IMG/VR virus record: IMGVR_UViG_3300035135_001487
Coordinates: 1 to 47,704 of that record
Length of the DNA stretch: 47,704 nucleotides
Origin: a virus
Lineage: Duplodnaviria; Caudoviricetes
Strand: one strand, 5' to 3'
Shown here: positions 17,713-25,724 of the stretch, one piece after another
Numbering within the stretch: position 1 is the first letter of the stretch
Layout: each line of letters opens with the position of its first letter
Notes under the pieces: model-generated
What the model was told of the DNA's origin: nothing
Seen by the model: only the letters and a program-made list of their open reading frames with translations
Database searches by the model: none
Program-made: the position numbers and the translations under genes

Positions 17713-20008
17713 AAGAGTATAAAATCCATAAATCACCAACTGAACCATCACCAGAGCCTGGAGATGAAGTTGATTGATATATGTTTCTCACATATCCACC
17801 TGAGTTGTTTGCGTAACTTGTTGTTATTGACCCAAGTGTTGCGTTAGAACCACTCTCATATTTAGAATTTAATGCAGTCTGTAAACCATCTATGTTTGAT
17901 ATCACGTGATTGTGTGAATCATCAGCAACTGTTGCTGAGATAGATATGTTTGCAGAACCGTCAAATGATGCAGAACCTGAAAGGTCTCCACCTAATGAGA
18001 TTGTTCTCGCAGTCGTTAACTGAGCAGCACTTGAAGCAGTACTTGCGTTACCAGTTAATGAACCTTCGAATGAAGATGCTTTTACGTTATATGAACCGAA
18101 AGTCCACTCATCTTCTGATTCGTCCCATGTCAATGAAACGTTAGATGATGTTCCTCTTTCTACTTCGATACCAGCATCTTGTGAAGGTGTTCCAGTTACA
18201 TCGTTGTTAAGTGTAATGATATTATCTGAAACGTTAAGTGTTGCAGTGTTAACAGTGGTTGTAGTTCCGTTAACTGTTAAGTCGCCTGATAGCGTTAAAT
18301 CTCCAAACTGAACATTACTTGTAGTACCAACTGCCTGACCGATACTTACTTGACCTGAACTGATTGAAACACCAGTTCCTGCTGAGAAATGAGCACGTGT
18401 TTCTGAAGCACTTGGGCCAGTGTAAGTAATTACACCAGTACTTGAATTATATCCAAGTGAACCATCTCCACCTGAATCTGTTACTGAAATTTTTCCTCTT
18501 ACTTGTGCATCTGTAATACCTGAGTATGTAATTACACCAGTTGTAGAGTTATATGAAAGTGTACCGTCTCCAGCACTATCTGTTACTGAGATAGCACCTC
18601 TTGCATCTGCATCTGTATATTTTGTTACAGAGAAAGCACCAGTTCCACTGTTGTATGATAAGTCACCACCAGCAGAGAATAAACCTCTGATATCTGAATC
18701 TGATAAACCAGCAAGTGTTAATGTACCAGCAGCGTCATCATATGTTGATGTGATGTTTGTTCCACCGACTACTAAACCATTAACAATATCTTCGATTTCT
18801 TCTTCTGTTTTACCTGAAGATGAGATTGTAAGTGTACCATTTGCATCATCATAAGACAATGACATGTTAGTACCTGCTTGTAACAATGCATTGACTCTAT
18901 CATCTACTCTTTCGTTTGTAAAGAAGAGATTTCCATTTTCTGATAAATCACCAGTGTCAAGTGTTACAGCACCACCCAATGCAGTTGCATTTGAGTTGAT
19001 TGTGATTGAACTGTTTGCAAGTTTAGCATTTGAGATAGAACCCGCTAACATAGCGTCTGTAATACCTAATGCTTTTACTTGTAGTGTGTCTGAACTTGTT
19101 TCGATTGAACTATCATCAACATTAACTGCAAGTGAAACTGTACCTGAAGTTCCACCACCTGACAAACCGTCACCAGCAGTTACACCTTCGATATCACCAG
19201 CATCGTTTGTGAATGAGATTACACCAGTTGTGGAGTTATAGGACAAGTCTCCACTTACTGAAATCGCACCTCTTGCTCTTGCTGTTGTGTGATAGAGGTT
19301 GGTTGAACCTTCAGTGATATCATCTGTATCACCTGAAAGTTCTGATAATGCATCTTTACTTGCAACTTGCGAATCAACATATGCTTTTATAGATTGTTGA
19401 GAAGCAGCATGAGTTGCAGAGTTTGAAGACATGTTGTCTTCATCTTTAAGGTCTAAATTAAGAGTAACTGCACCACTTGAACCGCCTCCTGAAAGACCTG
19501 TTCCTGCTGTAACACTTTCTATATCACCAGCATCGTTTGTAAAACTAATTACACCAGTTGAAGAGTCGTAACTTAAATCACCACCTGCTGATATTGCACC
19601 TCTAGCTCTTGCGTTTGTAAAATATTGATTCGAGGAACCTTCAGATAAGTCATCTGTATCGAAAGCAGACATGTTAACTGCAATGTCATCTGCGTTTACA
19701 GTAATACCTGTACCAGCACCAACATTTAGTGTTGCATCACCTGAAGTTGCAGTACCCGTTAAACCAGCACCAGCGTTAACTCCAGTGATATCACCGACAT
19801 TACCTGTAATTGTTAGTTGGTTGTTTGCATCATCATATGATAATGAGATACCTGAACCTGCTTGTAAGAGGTTCGCAACTCTATCGTCTACACTTTCATT
19901 AAGTGCAGTTGCAGAAATGGAACCTACATATGTTCCGTCTGACTGAATGACCTCTGTTCCTTGAACAGAAAGACCATTCTTAATATTAAAATTCTTTTCT
20001 CCTGCCAT
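17711..20008 (-). CDS. Tail fibre-like protein (765 aa)
   Basis: G/S/T/D-rich repeats (DTDDLSEGSSNxYFTxxRARGAIS, GDLSYNSTTGVI, AGDIESVTAG), GDLTVNGTTTTVNT, C-terminal GDLWILYS. Confidence 0.85.
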   Translation of the reverse strand: MAGEKNFNIKNGLSVQGTEVIQSDGTYVGSISATALNESVDDRVANLLQAGSGISLSYDDANNQLTITGNVGDITGVNAGAGLTGTATSGDATLNVGAGTGITVNADDIAVNMSAFDTDDLSEGSSNQYFTNARARGAISAGGDLSYDSSTGVISFTNDAGDIESVTAGTGLSGGGSSGAVTLNLDLKDEDNMSSNSATHAASQQSIKAYVDSQVASKDALSELSGDTDDITEGSTNLYHTTARARGAISVSGDLSYNSTTGVISFTNDAGDIEGVTAGDGLSGGGTSGTVSLAVNVDDSSIETSSDTLQVKALGITDAMLAGSISNAKLANSSITINSNATALGGAVTLDTGDLSENGNLFFTNERVDDRVNALLQAGTNMSLSYDDANGTLTISSSGKTEEEIEDIVNGLVVGGTNITSTYDDAAGTLTLAGLSDSDIRGLFSAGGDLSYNSGTGAFSVTKYTDADARGAISVTDSAGDGTLSYNSTTGVITYSGITDAQVRGKISVTDSGGDGSLGYNSSTGVITYTGPSASETRAHFSAGTGVSISSGQVSIGQAVGTTSNVQFGDLTLSGDLTVNGTTTTVNTATLNVSDNIITLNNDVTGTPSQDAGIEVERGTSSNVSLTWDESEDEWTFGSYNVKASSFEGSLTGNASTASSAAQLTTARTISLGGDLSGSASFDGSANISISATVADDSHNHVISNIDGLQTALNSKYESGSNATLGSITTSYANNSGGYVRNIYQSTSSPGSGDGSVGDLWILYS
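19596..19660. repeat. 65-bp direct repeat (second copy at 20099-20163)
   Basis: 62/65 identical; encodes DTDDLSEGSSNQYFTNARARGA in both the 765-aa and 86-aa genes. Confidence 0.9.
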
Positions 20009-20268
20009 TAGATGGTTCCCCCATCAACAGAAGTTAGAGACAACTCACCACTTGTTGAGTTGTATGATAAACTTGATTCGCCAGATGCTAATGATATAGC
20101 ACCTCTAGCTCTTGCGTTTGTAAAATATTGATTTGAGGAACCCTCAGATAGGTCATCTGTATCTAGTTCTGAAATTGCTGATGCTACTACTTTACCCGAT
20201 GATGTGATGACTTCCGTTGAACCTACTGATAATCCATATTCTATAACAAATTTGTTTTGTGTTGCCAT
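20008..20268 (-). CDS. Mini fibre-module protein (86 aa)
   Basis: N-terminus paralogous to the 765-aa gene (GLSVxxTEVIxSxG), one fibre repeat, C-terminal DGGTI; TCTAAATA at 20310-20317. Confidence 0.8.
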   Translation of the reverse strand: MATQNKFVIEYGLSVGSTEVITSSGKVVASAISELDTDDLSEGSSNQYFTNARARGAISLASGESSLSYNSTSGELSLTSVDGGTI

Positions 20269-20339
20269 TATCGTGTCCTATAGGTTGTGAAGTTTAATTC
20301 TTACTATACTATTTAGAAGATAGAGTTCTTTTACAGACC

Positions 20340-21083
20340 CTATACTACTAACAAATTTCTACTAAATTTAAAAATTGTAAGTGAAGTTGAAGCGGGTGTG
20401 ACTTTAACTCTTACATTACCTGAATCGGTATCAACTGTAACACTAAACAAAGATGAATTTGTAAAAACATCTGAAGTTTGTGATACGAATGCACTGGTTC
20501 CATTGTGTATTACCATCAATTCTGTTGCGTGATGATTGTTCCCTTGGGTCGCTTGAAGATGATATTTACAACTTCTATATGTCAATGCTGGGAACGAATC
20601 TAAAACAACTTCGTCTGTTGCAGTTGTTGATAAACTTAAGTCTGCATCTATTCTAAGATTACTTAGAGATAGAGGCCCTACTGCAGATAATTGACCTGTA
20701 GTTTCCAAGTCACCAACTTTTAAGTCTGCATAAGAAAACCCACTATCCGTTATGTCAACTGTAGTAGTAGGTTGAGTTTCCAGTCCATCAAATAGTTTCC
20801 ATGTTGAGTCACTAGCGTCTCTGAATAATCCTGTATATTCACTAGAACCATCTGACAAACCGTCATCATAGTTTCCATAGAGACCTATATCTAATAAGTC
20901 ACTCAACGTATTTCCACTTGCAAGTTCCATCATAGAATCTGTAACGGAAATTGTAGTGGAATCGACAACTAGATTATCACCCTGTACAGTTAGGTCTCCT
21001 GTAATCGTAAGATTACCCTCTACGGTCTGATTACCTAGAGAATGGAATCCTAAATCTGTAAAAAACTTTTGCTTCGTTGCCAT
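20340..21083 (-). CDS. Fibre-associated protein (247 aa)
   Basis: GNLTITGDLTVQG repeat, YTGLFRDASD; C-terminal domain shared with the 136- and 274-aa genes. Confidence 0.8.
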   Translation of the reverse strand: MATKQKFFTDLGFHSLGNQTVEGNLTITGDLTVQGDNLVVDSTTISVTDSMMELASGNTLSDLLDIGLYGNYDDGLSDGSSEYTGLFRDASDSTWKLFDGLETQPTTTVDITDSGFSYADLKVGDLETTGQLSAVGPLSLSNLRIDADLSLSTTATDEVVLDSFPALTYRSCKYHLQATQGNNHHATELMVIHNGTSAFVSQTSDVFTNSSLFSVTVDTDSGNVRVKVTPASTSLTIFKFSRNLLVV

Positions 21084-21088
21084 AATAC

Positions 21089-21096
21089 TATTTATA
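21089..21096 (-). promoter_or_regulatory. T4-type late promoter TATAAATA
   Basis: Exact consensus just downstream of a terminator and 5 nt from the ATG at 21083. Confidence 0.75.
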
Positions 21097-21125
21097 CAAA
21101 AAGAAAGGGGGACATAAAGTCCCCC
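21097..21125 (-). terminator. Rho-independent terminator
   Basis: GGGGGAC-ataaa-GTCCCCC stem (21107-21125) followed on the minus strand by TTTCTTTTT. Confidence 0.85.
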
Positions 21126-21147
21126 CCGATTTTCTCTAAGCGTCTAC

Positions 21148-21558
21148 CTAGGCGTCTACTGTTGTTCTATCAAGTTTAATAACAGTTGATGCGTTAGAAG
21201 CAGGAGTACATCTTAATCTTAAGTCACTCCCATTTATATCTGCATCAAATGTCGCTAATGATGTCGACTTTAGAGTGCCGTATTGTGTTAATGTTACCGA
21301 TGAACCATCATGTACAACAACTATCTCTGTTGAATGGAAATCTGAACCCTTAGACATTGCAACAATGTATCTAGCAGCTCGATATGATGCGTGTGCAAAA
21401 GTATCGAGTGTAAATTCTGCTGTTGATGTCTTTGTTTGAGAAGCAGATTTTCTATCCTTAGATTTAACTTTCTTAGTTGTAACAATTTCATCGTTGTCGA
21501 TATCAAACTCGATACCTCTAATCAATTCGGCAAGTTTAAATGCTTTAGTCTTGGCCAT
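21148..21558 (-). CDS. Single-domain fibre-associated protein (136 aa)
   Basis: YRAARYIV...HSTEIVVVHDG...QYG...LRLRCTPA, paralogous to the neighbours' C-termini. Confidence 0.8.
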   Translation of the reverse strand: MAKTKAFKLAELIRGIEFDIDNDEIVTTKKVKSKDRKSASQTKTSTAEFTLDTFAHASYRAARYIVAMSKGSDFHSTEIVVVHDGSSVTLTQYGTLKSTSLATFDADINGSDLRLRCTPASNASTVIKLDRTTVDA

Positions 21559-21568
21559 TTGTTACTCC

Positions 21569-22393
21569 TTATGTTAACCTAATTTGGAAAGTTTTAAATG
21601 TTGTATTTGTGTTAGCAGGTGTTGCTAATAGTCTCATGTTTCCACTATTGATATCACTTGAAAGTGAGAATAATGAAGAACCTGAGTAAGCGTCACCATA
21701 CTGTACAAAGTATGCATTACTTCCATCGTTTATTAATAATACTTCGGCCGCATGTGTTCCAGCAGTTGCATGTGATGCCATAATGACATATTTAACTGCT
21801 TTGTTTGCTACTGGATTTCCACTCAATACTTGGTCACTTGTTGTAGCAGTCATTTCGACTGTTGTGAAGAAACCTTGTACTAAATTAGAAATCGAAGCTT
21901 GTGCGACTACCTCTAATACATCCCCTGATTCTGCATTCGCTTGTAATGTAATAGTACCACTGTTAGTTCTCGCATAGTCGTCTCCAACTATGAGTTTAAT
22001 ACCGTTCAAGAATACTTGTTCGATACCAACTGTATATGCCAACGTTGCTCCGTTGTCATCTGAACCTGTAAATACAGTTTGTGTACTTGTTACACTATAT
22101 GTGAATGTCACTAATCCCGAAGAAGGTGCGTTTACAAAAGTTAGTGAACCACTACCATCTGTTTGTAGTATCTGACTACTTGCACCATCTGAGGTTGGGA
22201 ATGAGTATGCACTGTTTACCGACAGCGTTGACGGGTTAGAACCAATTTCGACTATGGCAGCGCTTCCATCATTTTTCTCTAAAAATAGTTTACCGTCATA
22301 AGTGTTGACCGCTAATTCACCAGCGACTAGGTCGCTGACAGCAGGGACATCACCAGCAGTACTACTATTTTTGAGTTGGATTACTGTTGCCAT
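21569..22393 (-). CDS. Fibre-associated protein with Mtd_N-like N-terminus (274 aa)
   Basis: MATVIQLK...P...DLVAGELAVNTYDGKLF; FPTSDGASSQILQTDGSGSLTF; shared C-terminal domain. Confidence 0.8.
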   Translation of the reverse strand: MATVIQLKNSSTAGDVPAVSDLVAGELAVNTYDGKLFLEKNDGSAAIVEIGSNPSTLSVNSAYSFPTSDGASSQILQTDGSGSLTFVNAPSSGLVTFTYSVTSTQTVFTGSDDNGATLAYTVGIEQVFLNGIKLIVGDDYARTNSGTITLQANAESGDVLEVVAQASISNLVQGFFTTVEMTATTSDQVLSGNPVANKAVKYVIMASHATAGTHAAEVLLINDGSNAYFVQYGDAYSGSSLFSLSSDINSGNMRLLATPANTNTTFKTFQIRLT

Positions 22394-22417
22394 GTTACTC
22401 TCCTATTGATTCGTTAA

Positions 22418-24022
22418 TTAAAATGTACCACCGTCAATAGCTGTAACAGTTACGGCACCACTTGTCACTGTAAAGTTATCAGCAGAGAAAGATGCAATAC
22501 CTTTATTAGATGTTGTAGCATCTTCACCAGCGATTGTTACTGTACCTGAAGAGTATGAAGCGTCCATACCTTCACCAGCAGCAACGATAACAGCACCTAA
22601 GTTGGAGTCTGTACCAACTTCAGCAGCGATTGTGATTGAACCTGAACCGTTAGTAACATCAATACCTTCACCTGCTGTTAGGGTTGCAAGAGCAACGTCT
22701 GAACCTGTACCAATCATTAACTGACCGTTTGCAGGAGCAGCACCGTCTATCTCAGTGATTGAACCACTTAATGCAAGACCTGAACCTTCGATACCACCGA
22801 AGACTGCATCCATAGCAGTTCCTGAGAATACAGATGAAGAATCTGTTGCAGCTTTTAATGCAACAAACTTAGTTGTGTTTTCATCGTAACCAAAGAAACC
22901 TACTTTTGCAGAACCATCGTTATACTTAAATTTAATACCTCTGTCTAGGTTATCGTCTGAAGCGTCATCACCGATTTCAAATACTGGGTCAGCAACTGAA
23001 GTAGTTGTTGAGTTTACAGTAGTTGTTGTTCCGTTAACTGTTAAGTTACCTGAAACTGTTAAGTTACCTGAAGCAGATATGTTTGTTGATGTAATATCGT
23101 CTGATGTAAGTGTTCCATCAACGTCAACATTGTTAAATGTTACGTTGTCTGATGTTCCAACTGACTGACCAATTGCTAATGTTACACCATTACCTGAAGC
23201 AGTTGATGATACACCAGTTCCACCTAAGATTGAAAGAACCTCTGAGTCAAGGTCTACAGCAATACTATCTGTACCGTCTGTAATATCTAAATCTTGTGCA
23301 GTTACTTGTGAGTCAACATATGCTTTAACAGATTGCTGTGAAGGAACTTTAACTGCAGAGTCTGAAGCCATATTGTCTTCGTCAACTAAGAAGTCAATTT
23401 TTCCAATAGTAACGTTACTATCTGCAATCATTGCTGTTTCTACAGCACCGTTTGCGATTGTTACAGCACCATTTGATGCTAATGTTACGTCACCACTTAG
23501 TGATACGTTATCAAATGAGTCTGAACCATCATGAACAAGGATTTGTCCACTTGAAGGAGCAGAAATATCTGAGTCTGTTGCACCTGCTAATGTTGATGTT
23601 GTTGATAAGAAAGATAGGTTACCTGAACCATCTGTTCCTAATACTTGGTTTGCTGAACCGTCTGAACCAGGCAATGTAAACGTTACGTTACTTGCTACAG
23701 AGTCAGGCGATTTTAAAGCGACATAGTTCGAACCATTGTCTGAATCTTCTCTAAGTTGTACACTTGCACCAGCAGTTGAACCATTACCAACAATAAAGTT
23801 TGCTGGAGTTGGAGCAGAACCGTCAACGATATCGGTATAGTATTTACCACCGATTTCGTGGATAGCAGCCGCACCTAATGAGTCTACTGATTCAATGTAT
23901 AATTTAGCAGAAGCACCATCATTCGACCTATCCTGTACATACGCTAATTCGCCTTCGCTCAAGTCTGAGACTGTTGGCGCACTCGCTCCTGTACTTCTTT
24001 TAATCTGAATTACTGTTGCCAT
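22418..24022 (-). CDS. Tail fibre-like protein with Mtd_N-like N-terminus (534 aa)
   Basis: MATVIQIKRS...LSEGELAY, LPGSDGSANQVLGTDGSGNLSF, GNLTVNGTTTTVNST, C-terminal IDGGTF. Confidence 0.85.
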   Translation of the reverse strand: MATVIQIKRSTGASAPTVSDLSEGELAYVQDRSNDGASAKLYIESVDSLGAAAIHEIGGKYYTDIVDGSAPTPANFIVGNGSTAGASVQLREDSDNGSNYVALKSPDSVASNVTFTLPGSDGSANQVLGTDGSGNLSFLSTTSTLAGATDSDISAPSSGQILVHDGSDSFDNVSLSGDVTLASNGAVTIANGAVETAMIADSNVTIGKIDFLVDEDNMASDSAVKVPSQQSVKAYVDSQVTAQDLDITDGTDSIAVDLDSEVLSILGGTGVSSTASGNGVTLAIGQSVGTSDNVTFNNVDVDGTLTSDDITSTNISASGNLTVSGNLTVNGTTTTVNSTTTSVADPVFEIGDDASDDNLDRGIKFKYNDGSAKVGFFGYDENTTKFVALKAATDSSSVFSGTAMDAVFGGIEGSGLALSGSITEIDGAAPANGQLMIGTGSDVALATLTAGEGIDVTNGSGSITIAAEVGTDSNLGAVIVAAGEGMDASYSSGTVTIAGEDATTSNKGIASFSADNFTVTSGAVTVTAIDGGTF

Positions 24023-24161
24023 TTTTTTCTCCTAAAAAATGAATTTGGGTTATGTTAAAATTTACGTAAATTCTCGTTCATTATCCCGAGAGACCATTAT
24101 CTATGCTATCCACTCACAATGTGGGTCGAGTCTCACTGATTGACTCCTTGATGTGTAAAGA

Positions 24162-24169
24162 TATTTATA
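24162..24169 (-). promoter_or_regulatory. T4-type late promoter TATAAATA, ~140 nt upstream of the 534-aa gene
   Basis: Exact consensus at the start of the longest intergenic gap in the window. Confidence 0.75.
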
Positions 24170-24172
24170 AAA

Positions 24173-24418
24173 CTAAAATGTTCCGCCGTCTAATACAGTT
24201 GTGGTTGTCCACTTGTCTGTAGTAGCATCGTATGAAAGAAGTCCGTCATCTGTTTCAGTTGCATCAACATCTGCAAGTTCATTAATAGATTTTGCTGCCA
24301 AATTTACATCTGCAGACGAATTACCAATTGCAACTTGTTTAGCACGAAGGTTTCCAGTTCCCTGAATTCTTCCACCAATTGTTGCAACTCTACTAAGTGT
24401 ACCTTTAATATTACTCAT
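24173..24418 (-). CDS. Small virion-type protein (81 aa)
   Basis: INELADVD...DGLLSYD...KW fibre motif; C-terminal LDGGTF. Confidence 0.75.
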   Translation of the reverse strand: MSNIKGTLSRVATIGGRIQGTGNLRAKQVAIGNSSADVNLAAKSINELADVDATETDDGLLSYDATTDKWTTTTVLDGGTF

Positions 24419-24420
24419 AA

Positions 24421-24756
24421 TTAACTCCTTGTTACGCCTGGGGTTACAATTGCTTGACCTTCTACAACTCTAGTTGTCACACCACCCGAACTTGTAATGT
24501 TTAGGTCGTAAACATATCTACCAGCATCTAAACCAGTAGTTACAGTGTCACTAAGTGTTAGTGTAACTTGACCAGTTGCTTCTGCAATAGATGTACCGAA
24601 ACTAGCACTTGTACTCGATGAAGAATATGTTTTTCTTATCTGAGCAGCCGCACTATATCCTGATAAGTTCAAGATATCTCCTGAACTATCTGTTACGTCT
24701 ACGGTGATACTGAAATCAGCACCTTGGTCAATGAATAAGTTTGCGATAATAGCCAT
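24421..24756 (-). CDS. Conserved T4-like beta-sandwich virion protein (111 aa, BppU_N-like)
   Basis: NLFIDQGADF, AQIRK, GRYVYD, RVVEG...VTPGVT; CATAAATA at 24763-24770. Confidence 0.75.
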   Translation of the reverse strand: MAIIANLFIDQGADFSITVDVTDSSGDILNLSGYSAAAQIRKTYSSSSTSASFGTSIAEATGQVTLTLSDTVTTGLDAGRYVYDLNITSSGGVTTRVVEGQAIVTPGVTRS

Positions 24757-24782
24757 GATAACTATTTATGTATTTTTTAGTT

Positions 24783-25724
24783 TTATCTATTGAACTGAGC
24801 AGTAGGAACTGACTGGTGTACTTTCTCTACTGTACCATCATCGTTGGTGTATACTTCGTCCACTTTTCTAATTGTTCCACTATCATTAACATATACACCT
24901 TTAACTTTTGCAATTGGGCCGATAGGTCTTGTAGTTGCATACGGTTGTTGATAACTGTAAGGTTGTCCAAACGAGTAAGGAACCTGATAAGGATTTTGGT
25001 ATATCGCTGGTTGTCTTGCTTGTGCAATATAAGGTGTTCTTCTATTAGCAGGATTTCTGTAAGTAAAAGGTTGTCTGTTCTGATACGTAAACGGTGTTCT
25101 ACCTGTAACACTAGTTGTATATGGTGCTTGTCTTTGATATGTTGTAGGTGTTTGACCTTGTCTCGCATACGTAGTAGGTTGTCTGTTCTGATATGTAAAC
25201 GGTGTTTGACTGTTTGCAATGTACGGATACGGTTGCTGAGCATTAGCAATGTATGGATACGGTTGCTGAGTTTGTGCAATTGCTGGTTGTCTTGCACCAG
25301 CAATATACGGATAAGGTTGTTGTGCAACTACAGGATATCTAGCAGGTTGTCTTGCATTTGCGATATAAGGATAGGGTTGTTGCGCTTGATATGTAAACGG
25401 TGTCTGACCTTGTGTTTCATATGTTGAAGGAACCTGAGCAGTATATTGATACGCTATTTGATAAGTTCCATTCGATGTAGTTGGGTGTCTATATGAAACT
25501 TGATATGTTCTAGGTGACTGATAGATGTAAGTTGTCTGAACCTGATTTATGTAAGGTGCTGGGGTTCGTCCCTGAATATTTCTAGGTTGTTGTACTGTAA
25601 CTTGATAGATTTGTTGGCCAGGAACCTGATATTCATATGGTTGCTGAGTTTGTGCAATCTGTTGATAGGTATATGGTTCTTGTCCAGCTGCAACTACCTG
25701 ATTTTGTCTTTGTCCTATAGCCAT
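24783..25724 (-). CDS. Gln/Pro/Tyr repeat protein (313 aa), mirror partner of 25724..27100
   Basis: Starts MAIG like the 420-aa protein; 264-aa array plus C-terminal VKGVYVNDSGTIRKVDEVYTNDDGT module; TAATG coupling. Confidence 0.9.
   Translation of the reverse strand: MAIGQRQNQVVAAGQEPYTYQQIAQTQQPYEYQVPGQQIYQVTVQQPRNIQGRTPAPYINQVQTTYIYQSPRTYQVSYRHPTTSNGTYQIAYQYTAQVPSTYETQGQTPFTYQAQQPYPYIANARQPARYPVVAQQPYPYIAGARQPAIAQTQQPYPYIANAQQPYPYIANSQTPFTYQNRQPTTYARQGQTPTTYQRQAPYTTSVTGRTPFTYQNRQPFTYRNPANRRTPYIAQARQPAIYQNPYQVPYSFGQPYSYQQPYATTRPIGPIAKVKGVYVNDSGTIRKVDEVYTNDDGTVEKVHQSVPTAQFNR
24933..25724 (-). repeat. Coding repeat array, 31 units, 264 aa
   Basis: Hand parse; the N-terminal third is degenerate. 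Confidence 0.8.
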
